Shown here: positions 39,788 through 51,996 of the stretch, piece by piece | Layout: each line of letters starts with the position of its first letter | How positions within the stretch are numbered: position 1 is the first letter of the stretch | Origin: Octopus sinensis | Taxonomy: Eukaryota | Reading direction: 5' to 3' | Assembly (NCBI RefSeq): GCF_006345805.1 | Contig: NW_021832383.1 | Location: forward strand, 124,001-188,000 | DNA: 64,000 nucleotides | The notes under the pieces: model-generated | Told to the model about the DNA's origin: nothing | Database searches by the model: none | What the model saw: only the letters and a program-made list of their open reading frames with translations | Translations under genes and position numbers: made by a program

Positions 39788-39905
39788 CTTTGCGCTGCTT
39801 CCGGAAAGAACCGTCAGGCAGTTGGCATCTTTTATTCGCCATCAAATGACTTCCTTGGGAGAAGACTAAGTCCTCTAGGTCCAACAACTGCACTTGGGTC
39901 ATAAC
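39788..39905 (-). CDS. SNRNP200: SNRNP200 exon 10
   Basis: [39 protein letters not shown]. Confidence 0.95.
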
Positions 39906-41650
39906 CTGACAAATAAAAACCCAACAATGTTAATAATGATGATGATGATGATAATTTTGCCACAAGGACAGCAGTTTTGGGGGAGGAGATGCATTGATTA
40001 CGTTGACCAATGTTCAACTGGTACTTATTTTATCGAGCCCGAAAGGATGAAAGGCAAAGCTGACCTTGGCAGATTTTGAACTGAGAACACAAAAGCATAT
40101 GAAATATTGCTAAGCATTTTGCTCAACGTGCCAACGATTCTGCCAGTTTGCTGTCTTAAATAATAATAATACAGATCATGTCGTATAGCCAGCTGGAGAC
40201 GATGTTTCCTGAGGCTAAATTACAGCAACATTCGTCCTAAACCAGGACTGCCACGTTATGTTGGCAAACAATCTTTTACTACAAAGTACTGTTACTGAAT
40301 ATCTCACGTTGTGAGATTTAAAAATAGTAATTTTCTAGTTCCAATATATTTTGCTTCTCCTCCGGTCATGCTATTTGCATAGATTCCTGCAATTCTCTGT
40401 TGCCAACCAATTCTATTATTCATATTTCGCCTTACTGGCACTTATGCCTGTGCTAGTAGGGTGCCAAGAGCACCATCTGAGCGTGATCGTTGCCAGAGCA
40501 GCCAACTGGCTTCTGTACCTGTAGCACGTAAAAGGGCACTATTCGAGTGTGACCGTTACCAACGTCGCTTCACTGGTACCTGTGCCAGTGGCACGTGTAA
40601 AAAGATTCAAGCGAGGTCATTGCCAGTACTGCCTGACTGGCCCTCATGCCGGTGGCATGTAAAAAGCACCCTCTACACTCTCGGAGTGGTTGGCGTTAGG
40701 AAGGGCATCCAGCTGTAGAAACTCTGCCAGATCAAGATCGGAGCCTGGTGCAGCCATCTGGTTCGCCAGCCCTCGGTCAAAATCGTCCAACCTATGCTAG
40801 CATGGAAAGCGGATTTTAAACGATGATGATGATAATATTTCAATTGGGAGTCTGAGTCACAGTGACTCATTAATTGATTACACAACCATGGACGCTATGA
40901 ATGCGTTGCAGTTACTCTCTTGACAGAGACTGGTGATCCTGACTATTGATCCTTTTAGGATTCCTCGGCTCAGCATCAATGTAAGCTCAATTGAGCTCCT
41001 CTGCTGCCTCTTCACAATCTACCATGCCGCAGTCCCATGGCTTCACCATATCCCAGGCAGGGAGGCCTGTAAGTATGCAGGGCATGGTTGTCACTCAAGG
41101 AGGTATGTTCAAGAATACCCGCAAACCCATTATTATATTTTGATAGATAAAATTACTTGGCATTGCACCTATGCCGGTCTCACATAAAAGGCATCCAATA
41201 CACTCTGTGGAGTGGCTGGCATTAGGAAGGGCATCCAACCATAGAAACCAAGCCAAATTCAGACTGAAACCTGGTGCTGCTCTCTGGTTACCAGTTCCAG
41301 TTAAACTGTCCAGCATGGAAAATGGATATTAAACGATGATGATGATGATGATTCAATAATGGCACAGATTCTCTTTTGCACAACAATATGACATTTACAT
41401 ATTGAAGGAAATATCTTTTAAGCCTACGTCTTCTTTCCTACAGCTGATCACTCAAATATAAAGTCGGAAGTGGAACCTGTTTGTCAGCCAAGTAGACTGA
41501 GGAAATAATAATTCATTCAGAAATATTGCCCCAGACAAGGCAAATGCAACAGCAGAATTAATATATACTATATTTAGAAATTCTATCACACTGTATTTTA
41601 AAGGAGGGGTGGTGGTGGTACAAATACCTGACAAAATTCCTGGGGCTTAC

Positions 41651-41871
41651 CTGGTCTACACCATTTGCAAGCATGGGCTCCATGTTAGCAGCCATTCGAG
41701 ACTGGCGTGCTTGGTGCCTGCGAGCCCTTTGCTCACTGACAATGTCCTCTTTCTCGGTGGCTTGCAAGGCCATCAAGATATTTGACAGGTCTGGGTCATT
41801 TTCCATCTTCTCTTCAACTTCTTTCCTCTCAGCAGCACTCTGGGCCTGAGCGAGCAACGTGCAATATAATA
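41651..41871 (-). CDS. SNRNP200: SNRNP200 exon 9
   Basis: VLYCTLLAQAQSAAERKEVEEKM...NGVDQ. Confidence 0.94.
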
Positions 41872-42418
41872 CTGTACAAAAAAGAAAAACAACAGATTTC
41901 TTAGATTTATCCCATTTTAAGGTCACAAGTATATAAAAAAAAAATGATAGTGAATGTGATTTAAATTATCCCATGGCATGTCTGGTATTCTATTTAATCT
42001 ACTCTGAAGCGTAAAAAGCACCCATTACACTCTTGGAGTGGTTGGTGTTAGGAAGGGCATCCAGCTGTAGAAATATTGCCAGATCAGATTGGAGCCTGGT
42101 GTGGTCTACTGGCTTGCCAGACCCCAGTCAAACCGTCCAACCCATGCTAGCATGGAAAACGGATGTTAAACGATGATGATGATGATGATGATGATGAAGA
42201 GAGAGAAACCTAAAACTGATTGGTGTTATTTAAACAACAGCTGATGTTCGAGAGATGAAAGAACTGGGTCTTAAGGTTAGCGTGGGATTAGGAGCAGGCA
42301 TGGTGAACATAAGGGGAGTGGGAGGAGGAGAGACGAGTGGGTCATGAATGCCTGAGTGGTGGTGGTGGTGGCATGAGACCAGCCAGATTTGAAGAACAGA
42401 GGCCATTGTAGTATCAAT

Positions 42419-44220
42419 GGAGGCGCAATGGCCCAGTGGTTAGGGCAGCGGACTCGCGGTTTCGATTCCCAGACCGAGTGTTGTGAGTGTTTATTGAGCG
42501 AAAACACCTAAAAGCTCCACGAGGCTCCGACAGGGGATGGTGGTGATCCTTGCTGTACTCTTTCACCACAACTTTCTCTCACTCTTACTTCCTGTTTCTG
42601 TTGTATCTGTATTTCAAGGGGCCGGCCTTGTCACTCTCTGTGTCACGCTGAATATTCCTGAGAACTACGTTAAGGGTACACGTGTCGGTGGAGTGCTCAG
42701 CCACTTACACGTTAATTTCACGAGCAGACTGTTCCGTTGATTCGGATCAACCGGAACCCTCATCGTCGTAACCGACGGAGTGCTTCCATAGTATCAATAG
42801 AAAAGAGAGAGAGAGAGAGAGAGGACACTTGTGGGCCGGAGGCTGGAGTGTATCTGTGATTTTATGTCAGGCAACCAAGTGATCTTCCTCAATGTTTGGT
42901 CCAGGATGGGTGTGTGAGGGGTCATAAGAAATATGTCATACCAAACCCCACTAACAAAAGCATCCTTAACCCTTTAGTGTTTAAACCGGCCAAAATATTC
43001 TACCTATTTTATGTTCAAACTAGTCAGATATGGTCATTCATAGCTACCTCATTGTGTCATTTTAAAAATAAACAATCACATCATTGAAATCTCAAAGCCA
43101 TGAAATGATGCAAGATTAATTTTACATGGTGTGAATACATAAGCTTTTACATTTGACAGAATAATCTGAATGCTAAAGGGTTAACAGCAGCAATGACAAC
43201 ATTACAAAATTCATGGTGGAGGTGCAATGGCCCAGTGGTTAGGGCAGCGGACTCGCGGTCGTAGGATCGTGGTTTCGATTCCCAGACCGGGCGTTGTGAG
43301 TGTTTATTGAGCGAAAACACCTAAAAAGCTCTACGAGGCTCCGACAGGGATGGTGGTGATCCCTGCTGTACTCTTTCACCACAACTTTCTCTCACTCTTA
43401 CTTCCTGTTTCTGTTGTGCCAGTATTTCAAAGGGCCGGCCTTGTCACTCTCTGTGTCACGCTGAATATCCCCGAGAACTACGTTAAGGGTACACGCGTCT
43501 GTGGAGTGCTCAGCCACTTACACGTTAATTTCACGAGCAGGCTGTTCCGTTGATTCGGATCAACCGGAACTCTCGTCGTCGTAACCAACGGAGTGCTTCC
43601 ACAGTATCAATAGAAAAGACAGAGAGAGGACACTTGTGGGCCGGAGGCTGGAGTATATCTGTGATTTTATGTCAGGCAACCAAGTGATCTTCCTCAATGT
43701 TTGGTCCAGGATGGGTGTGTGTGTGGTCATAAGAAATATGTCATACCAAACCCCACTAGCAAGAGCATCCTTAACCCTTGTGTTTAAACTGGCCATATCC
43801 AGCCAAAATATTCTACCTATTTTATGTTCAAACTGGCCAGATGTGGTCATTCATAGCTACCTCATTGTGTCATTTTAAAAATAAACAATCACATCATTGA
43901 AATCTCAAAGCCATGAAACGATGCAAGATTAATTTTACATGGTGTGAATAAATAAGCTTTTACTGTGCGGGTGGCACGTAAAAAGCACCCACTACACTCA
44001 CGGAGTGGTTGGCGTTAGGAAGGGCACCCAGCTGTAGAAATATTGCCAGATGAGACTGGAGCCTGGTGCAGCCTTCTGGCTTCCCAGATCCCCGGTCGAA
44101 CCGTCCAACCCATGCTAGCATGGAGAACGGACGTTAAACGATGATGATGATGATGATTTGACAGAATAATCTGAATGCTAAAGGGTTAACAGCAGCAATG
44201 ACAACATTACAAAATCCATG
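42419..44220 (+). repeat. About 800-bp tandem duplication (SINE plus 3' flank)
   Basis: 42419-43215 is repeated at 43218-44220; the second copy has an extra SINE at about 43963-44156. Confidence 0.9.
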
Positions 44221-44225
44221 TTTAC

Positions 44226-44325
44226 CCATTTGTCTGTGTTGTCTCAGAATTTTGATAAACTCAAACTGACTGACTCCCAGCAGCATCACTAATTGGTTCT
44301 CAGCTTCTCGGTCGTCGACAGCATT
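44226..44325 (-). CDS. SNRNP200: SNRNP200 exon 8
   Basis: [33 protein letters not shown]. Confidence 0.93.
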
Positions 44326-44367
44326 CTAAAAATGAAACCACAAAAAACACCATGAGAAGGACAGAAA

Positions 44368-44738
44368 TCTCTCTATATATATAAACGGCAAAATGTCTGT
44401 CTGTGTGTGTGTCCTTTATACAAATCCACAATTTTTCAGTTAGAGGGCTCGCACTTTCTATGGTCATTCAAAAACCGTCCAAAGGTGGCCGTGCACATCT
44501 TTACATTTCCCCAGTCACCCCGCAAAGTCATTAAAAAAAATCAATAAAAGTGACTTTTTTGTGAATTTTCTATCCAAAACCCAATCAAAATGCCCGGAAC
44601 TTGATACGCCAATTGAATGCCAGCTAGCTGTGTGATTGGTTGAAGATTTGGATGGTACTTGCGTGTATGTGCACACGCACGCAGCTGTATATGCATGCAC
44701 TAGCACTATGACCCGGCAACGCCAGGTCATAGTGCTAG
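44368..44738 (+). mobile_element. Non-autonomous Helitron-like element; shorter copy at about 53322-53595
   Basis: 5' TC(TATATATATAAA); 3' GC-rich hairpin followed by CTAG|T; no TSD seen. Confidence 0.7.
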
Positions 44739-44971
44739 TATATATATAAAAGGAAAATACAATGCTTGGCAGATGCACAATGTAAGAGCACACCTTTGAT
44801 GGAGGTTCGAAGAAGAACCACCCTGATATTTAAAACTGCAATTATCCAGCTTTTTGCAAGGGACTTTTACATGAATTGGTGTCGAAAATAGAATTGGTAC
44901 AGAAACAATTGTAAGTGATCATTAAAGATTTGATAAACTCTTTCTTTGTCTTCTTATTTGGATTATACAGA

Positions 44972-45010
<39 letters not shown>

Positions 45011-45252
45011 ACACATGTTTATATAGTCATTGCTTGAGCAAATCTGAATTATGACATTGCGATTGGTCACTCGGTACTTTCAAAGACCTGTGGAATAGAG
45101 ACATCAGTTCCCTGAAAAACTGGTAAGGGTCAGTGACAGGAAGAGCATCCGGCTGTGAAACCCTGTCTCAAATAACTCTCCATCCACATCCAGGCTAGTC
45201 TGGATGAGAAACTGATGTCAAATGAAGACCAAATGAGCTGCATCACACGTAC

Positions 45253-45408
45253 CTTGAGAATTTCTAAGATTTCTTTGGACCTGGTCTGTGCCACTGTTGG
45301 GTCGTCAGGATAATACTTATTGAGCTTCCTCTGCAGCCAGAAAGCATCAATGTCTCGTGGATGAAGTCCCCCTTCTAGTTTCTTCTTGTTTTCTTCTCTT
45401 TCTGCCAA
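45253..45408 (-). CDS. SNRNP200: SNRNP200 exon 7 (start of PWI-like domain)
   Basis: [29 protein letters not shown]...EILK. Confidence 0.95.
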
Positions 45409-45436
45409 CTGCACAAAACAAGAAACAAAAATTAAG

Positions 45437-45663
45437 TTAACCCTTTAGTGTTCTGATTATTCTATCAAACATAATGCCTATTGATTCACATTGATTTGAA
45501 TTAATCATGCATTATCTCATATCTTCAAGATCTTGATGGTGTAATTACTTAAAGTAGAATAACATTGTAGGGTAGGTGTGAGGGCCTGGATCTGGTCAGT
45601 TTGAACATAAAACAGACTAAATATTTTGGCCGGATATGGTCGGTTTAAATACTAAAGGGTTAA
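45437..45663. mobile_element. piggyBac-like MITE family 1 (about 225 bp)
   Basis: TTAA-CCCTTTAG...CTAAAGGG-TTAA; copies at about 2254-2480, 22435-22668, 31376-31601, 42966-43184, 43771-44189. Confidence 0.75.
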
Positions 45664-46594
45664 ACACTTGTACAATTCTATTTTTGGGGAGATGCTTAAC
45701 ATCATTACTGGATGCTATAAACCCAAACTGGAATGTCTAAGTTTAACCCTTTTGTTACCGACTCAGTTGAAACCAGATCTGGCTCTGAGTACAAATGTCT
45801 TGTTTTTAAAAGTTTTGAATTAAAATCTTCCACCAAACCTTAGTCACAATTTATGTTCCTAACACTAGCTCAATGATAACTAAGTTATTTTACTAAAATT
45901 CTTTGTTATATTTAAAATAATTGAAAGAAACACAGAGCATCTCAAAATAAATACTGTAATGAAAGGGTTCAAATATATAATAGAGAAACAATTCTTAACC
46001 CTTTCATTACCAACCTGGCTGAAACCGGTTCTGGCTCTGTAGTACAAATGTCTTGTTTTCATAAGTTTTGAATTAAAATCTTCCACCAAACCTTAGTCAC
46101 AATTTATGTTCCTAACACTAGCTGAATGATAACTAAGTTATTTTACTAAATTCTTTGTTATATTTTTAAAAATTAAATGAAAGAAACAGAGCATCTCAAC
46201 AGCAATATGGTAACAAAAGGGTTATAAGGTTTTAATCAACTAAAAATACAGTAATCTACAATACAAAGATAGTTAAATTCTAAGCAAAACTAAGCTTCAA
46301 CGCAATAACAGTTCTATGCAGCGAGTTGCTACAGTCTCGACTAACAAAAAACTAACACAGAACACGCTGTGCAGTAAACGGAACAGAACTCTGCGCAGTT
46401 GCACTGCAGGCAAATAGCAGCAACCGAGACAATCAGAGTCCCGTGATCAAAACTAAAATCACAACGATGGAATAATCAGGAAATTTAATTTTGCAGTGAA
46501 AGGGTCAAAGTTATTTGAAATCGCAGCAGAGTCAGTTTGAACATATATAAATAAAAATCGTTAAACAATTGAGAGGGGGAAAGAACTTAGGTAC

Positions 46595-46687
46595 ATTTGC
46601 TCTGAGAGTTGCATCCATCTCGGCTTCTTCTCCTTCGTCTTCTTCTTCCTCTTCTTCACGGACCTCACCAAAAACATCAGCATCATC
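46595..46687 (-). CDS. SNRNP200: SNRNP200 exon 6
   Basis: DDADVFGEVREEEEEDEGEEAEMDATLRAN; TAG acceptor, weak AAT|GTACCT donor. Confidence 0.88.
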
Positions 46688-47859
46688 CTATGAAAAATAC
46701 AAAGAATCATATAAATACAAAAAAAAAAAAGCAAAAATAATTAAAAAAAAACCTTTAGTTAATGGAGGCACAGGAGTGGCTGTGTGGTAAGTAGCTTGTC
46801 TACCAACTACATGGTTCTGGGTTCAGTCCCACTGCATGGCACCTTGGGCAAGTGTCTTCTACTATGGCCTCGGACCAACCAAAGCCTTGTGAGTGGATTT
46901 GGTAGATGGAAACTGAAAGAAGCCCGTCGTATATATATGCGTGTGTGTGTGTCTGTGTTTGTCCCCCCAAACATCACTTGAGAACCGATGGTGGTGTGTT
47001 TACGTCCCCATAACATAGCAGTTCGGCAAAAGAGACCAATAGAATAGATGGCCAGGCAGAAGATTGCACCAAACGTCTGTGTCTGTTTTGGAATGGCTTT
47101 TATGGCTGGATGCCCTTCCTAATGTCAACCAACCATGTAAATTTCCTGGCCTTTCTTCACTCACCTGTCATCATCCATATACATGTCTAGAACAGTCTAC
47201 AGATCTCTCCTGCACACTACAACCGACAGCTCTTAACCATTTAGAATTCAAATTACTCTGTCAAACGCAACGATCATTTATTCACATTGCTTTGAATTAC
47301 TCATGCATTATCAAGTAGCTTTTAGATTTTGGTGATGTGACTGCTTATATTCAGACCATCATAGTTGGGTAGGTGTGAGAGGCCGGATCTAGAGGGTTTG
47401 AACATAAACCAAGATGGGTATTTGAGTCAGATATGGCTGGTTTAAGTCCAGTTTTTATTTTCTCAGCTCATCGAAATCGAACCAATCCTATGACTGGCAC
47501 CCGGCAGATGCCAGGACCCCTGGACTGGTGGTACGTAAAATGCACTATCCAAATCGTGGCCGATGCAAGCGCCACCTCGACTGGCTTCCGTGCCAGTGGC
47601 ACGTAAATTGCATCAATCCAACCGTGGCCGTTGCCAGCCTCGCCTGGCACCTGTACGGGTGGCATGTAAAAAGCACCCACTACACTCACGGAGTGGTTGG
47701 CGTTAGGAAGGGCATCCAGCTGTTGAAACATTGCCAGATAAGACTGGAGCCTGGTGCAGCCTTCTGGCTTCCCAGATCCCCGGTCGAACCGTCCAACCCA
47801 TGCTAGCATGGAGAACGGACGTTAAACAATGATGATGATGATCTCTGCCTTGTCATTCA

Positions 47860-48212
47860 TGTCATCATCATCATGGCTCGGCTTCACAAACGAAGATCAG
47901 GAAGGCTGTCCACGTTGTGTGCATGCACACTCATGACTGACAAGTCCGATATGGGAAAGGCAGGTCCGTGAGCAGTGTCCACAGACGAAGGTGACATCTG
48001 GTGTGGTGTCAGAGGCGGCTCGCGTCTTCCTCCTGCGTCTCCTCTTTGTTCCTCAAACTTGTTGACTGCGTTGAAGATCGTGTGGCGCCAGACATCACGG
48101 TCCGCAGCCAGGTCTGACCTGCATTGGTGGTTAATTTGACATGCTGTTAGAGACTTCTTGAGGCAGTCTTTGTAGCGCTTCCTCGGAGCTCCTCTCACTC
48201 GGTGGCCGGTGT
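47860..48212 (-). mobile_element. RTE/BovB-type LINE 3' fragment
   Basis: GHRVRGAPRKRYKDCLKKSL...LAADRDVWRHTI, then a frameshifted C2HC/C2H2-like CGHC...SH motif. Confidence 0.7.
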
Positions 48213-48962
48213 CATTCATGTACATTATTAGCCTTACACATTCAACAGATGGTGCTCTTCTCATTTCTTTCCAAACTTCACCCATCCTTTGGATTCAGTG
48301 TTCATATCTCACTGTCATGCAGCATCACACTTCATACACAAGCCTCTTACAATCCACCTTTTGCTTGGAGAGAAAAGAATTCTCTTGTTGACAGCAGATG
48401 TGACAACTCCCTCAATTTCTTCCCATCCTGCTTTAATACTTGCTGTGGCATGTAAAAAGCACCATCCGATCGTGGCCATTTGCCAGCCTCGACTGGCACC
48501 TGTGCCGGTGGCACATAAAAAGCACCCACTACACTCACGGAGTGGTTGGCGTTAGGAAGGGCATCCAGCCGTAGAAACACTGCCAGATTAGACTGCGCCT
48601 GGTGCAGCCTTCTGGCTTCCCAGACCCCAGTTGAACTGTCCAACCCATGCTAGCATGGAAAACGGACGCTAAATGATGATGATGATGAATACTTTCAATA
48701 CACTCTTCCCTAATGTGGATTATGTCAACTACTTCTGTAAAGCCCTCTGAACATTGGTTGGTGACAGGAAAGGCATTGCCAAATTAAGTAAAACTCAAAT
48801 TCTTCGGTTCTATTGTAGACGAAACGGTAAAGTATGGAAGGAAAACATACTTGAAATACACGCGAAGTAAGAATATAACAGAAGCATAGCAGACATAAAA
48901 CATAATTCCACAGCACTGACAGACTTCCATAATCTCAGACCACAATGATGATATATTCTTAC

Positions 48963-49021
48963 CTCATCTTCAGACTCCTCAAACTGAACATTAACTCCAT
49001 ATGTCTCATCAATATTCTCAT
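48963..49021 (-). CDS. SNRNP200: SNRNP200 exon 5
   Basis: DENIDETYGVNVQFEESEDE. Confidence 0.93.
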
Positions 49022-49840
49022 CTGGAAAAAAAAACAACAAAAGAACAGGTGAGAAGCAAAACAGAGAGAGAGAGAGAGAGAGCTATTTGCTCCCTTCCAG
49101 TCAATAAGATAAACTTTCCAAAGTTTAATATATAAGTTAGACAAAACACTAAAAGCCGCACAAAGATGTGGCGAACACTACACAATACACACTTAAGTCA
49201 TGGTTTTAATTCCTTCATTTCAAGAATTGTTTAATTATTAATTAATCAACATCACACATAGGTGCAAGAGTGGCAGTGTGGTAAGTAGCTTGTTTACCAA
49301 CCACATGGTTCTGGGTTCAGTCCCACTGCGTGGCACCTTGCGCAAGGTGTCTCCTACTATAGCCTTGGGCCGACCAAAGCCTTGTGAATGGATTTGGTAG
49401 ATGGAAACTGAAAAGAAGCCCGTCGTATATATATATATATGCATGTGTGTTTGTTCCCCTAGCATTGCTTGACAACCGATGCTGGTGTGTTTATGTCCCC
49501 GTTACTTAGCGGTTCGGCAAAAGAGACCGATAGAATAAGTACTGGGCTTACAAAAGAATAAGCCCCGGGGTCGAGTTGCTCGATTAAAGGCGGTGCTCCA
49601 GCATGGCTGCAGTCAAATGACTGAAACAAGTAAAAGAGTAAAGAGTACACAATTTACAAGCACTTCATTACAGTCAGTTTTTGATATTTAGATGAGAAAA
49701 ACAGGAAAAAAGCCTTTGTTAGAAATAAACTCAATTATCTCCAGGACTTCAACCATTCCCTTCCATAGTCTAAGAGCTCTGCTTGGGATAAATTAAATTC
49801 CCACACTAATTAGACCATCTGAATAGAAGTTATTAATTAC

Positions 49841-50030
49841 CTGTCTGCATTTTCTCTTCGGAACCCCAGTCGGAGATCTTTTTGCCGAGATTCACAAGCA
49901 ATGCAAATCTCTCGTCTGCAAGGGAACCAATCAAACTCTCGACTTCTCTTTTGCGTTCTTTGTCCTTCATTCGGTCGTTCTTCAACACGGAAAGGACTTC
50001 ATCAGCAGCACCACACAAAACATCACGTGG
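49841..50030 (-). CDS. SNRNP200: SNRNP200 exon 4
   Basis: PRDVLCGAADEVLSVLKNDRMKDKE...NLGKKISDWGSEEKMQT. Confidence 0.95.
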
Positions 50031-50074
50031 CTGGAAAAAAAAAAAAAAAACCCCAAAAAACATTATAATAATAA

Positions 50075-50512
50075 TATAATGAAATTATTGTATACAGTGC
50101 TCAGGTGCACCACAACTTGTCAGAAAGTGCATATAAAGTACATGCAGCAATGTAGAAATGTCTGGAAAGTGAACAATGTATGAGTCAGATACATGCTTGT
50201 GTGTGTATGGAGGGGAGAAAATCAAGTGTAGTGTTGGGGAATCTCAGGAAGCATGGAAGTTTTGAAGGATGCAGTGCTCCGACAACTAACAACTGATGCT
50301 GGCAGTTTGTTCCATGCTTCAGCAACACTCAGCGTGAAAAAATGTTTCCTGAAGTCATGGGAGCTGTGCTGTATTCTTACTTTGTAAATATATCCACGGG
50401 TGTTAGATGGGTGGAGTTTGAAAAGGTGCTCAGAGTTATTGTTTGTATGATGGTTGATAATTTTATGGGTGTCTGCCAAGTCAGCTGCCAGACGTCGGAG
50501 TTTCAATGTGTT
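50075..50512 (-). mobile_element. CR1-group LINE 3' fragment
   Basis: TLKLRRLAADL...TRGYIYKV...RKHFFTLSVAEAWNKLPASVV, with an (ATT)n tail. Confidence 0.7.
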
Positions 50513-51262
50513 ATTATAGTAATAATAACCTTTAACCCTTTCATTACCAACCCGGCTGAAACCGGCTCTGGCTATGTAGTACAAATATCTAGTTTTCATA
50601 AGTTTTGAATTAAAATCTTCCACCAAACCTTAGTCACAATTTATGTTCCTAACACTAGCTGAATGATAACTAAGTTATTTTACTAAATTCTTTGTTATAT
50701 TTAAAATTAATTGAAAGAAACACAGAACATCTCAACAGAAATAGGATAATAAAAGGGTTAAAGTCACCATGCTATTTTTAACCCTTTGATGCCAACATGG
50801 CTGAAACCACCTCTGGCTCTGTATTACAAATGTCTTATTTTCAAAAGTTCTTAATTAAAATCTTCCACCAAACTTTAGTCACAATTTATGTTCCTAACAC
50901 TAGCTTAATGATAACTAAGTTATTTTACTAAATTCTTTGTTATATTTAAAATTAATTGAAAGAAACACAGAGCATCTCAAAATAAATACAGAAACGAAAG
51001 GGTTAATATTCCCTTCTTGACAATAGTCATCCTCTTTCTTCTCCTCCAAATCCTCCTCATTGCTCCCAACATCACCAGTTCGATGTCATAATTTACATCT
51101 CTCTCACTCTGGTTGGACGACTTGCCCAGACCAAAGCAACTCTTTCCTTAAAGTCTTCCATATCCTCAATCTGATATCCAATGCCTTCCACAAATCAATC
51201 ATTATATTCTCTTCTTAGTCTGCCGATACAAAATTCCCTCAATTTTACTTAAGATGGAATTG

Positions 51263-51618
51263 CTTGGAAAATTACTATTTTTAAATCTCACAACGAGAGA
51301 TATTCAGCAACAGTATTTTGTAGTAAGGATGTTTGCCAACATAACATGGCAGTCCTGGTTTAGGACGAATGTTGCTGTAATTTAGCCTCAGGAGACATCG
51401 TCTCCAGCTGGCTATACAACACAATCTGTGTCCCTTGTTTGAAAATATAAGGACACAGATCGTGTCTCCAGCTGGCTATATAACATGATCTGTGTCCCTT
51501 GTTCGAAAATATAAGGACACAAATTGTGTCGTGTAGCCAACTGGGGACGATGTCTCCTGGGGCTAAATTACAGCAACCTTCGTCCTAAACCAGGACTGCC
51601 ATGTTATGTTGGCAAACA
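51263..51618. repeat. Palindromic element with duplicated centre; solo copy at about 40170-40338
   Basis: Arms about 51330-51435 and 51512-51618 are reverse complements; about 65-nt central re-copy. Confidence 0.85.
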
Positions 51619-51825
51619 ATCTTTATGGAATTGTTTCATCTACAGGCCCTGCTATGACAAAACATTACTGAGTGATATATAATACCAGAAATTTTCAAAA
51701 TAATGTTCTAACATTAAAATTTGGGCCCAAAGAGATGTTTTGGCCAAAAACTCATGTTGACCTCACTCCCTGGACTTCCAGTGGGACCCAATCTTTCGCT
51801 ATCATATAATTGTGGTACAACTTAC

Positions 51826-51996
51826 CTGATCTCCAAGAGCAGCTTGTATGAAGCTCAGCAGAACCTCATAGGTCTGGCGAGTCTCCTGGGTCTTCGGCCG
51901 ATAGACAATTCCGACCATATCATTGATGCCTTCGACAACAATGTTGTTCCTTTCATCTTCATTACTTCTCTTTGTGCTTCATCACGTTTCTTCCGC
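51826..51996 (-). CDS. SNRNP200: SNRNP200 exon 3 (171 nt as assembled; 1 nt missing)
   Basis: [21 protein letters not shown], then in a shifted frame [36 protein letters not shown]; CAG/GTAAGT. Confidence 0.9.
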
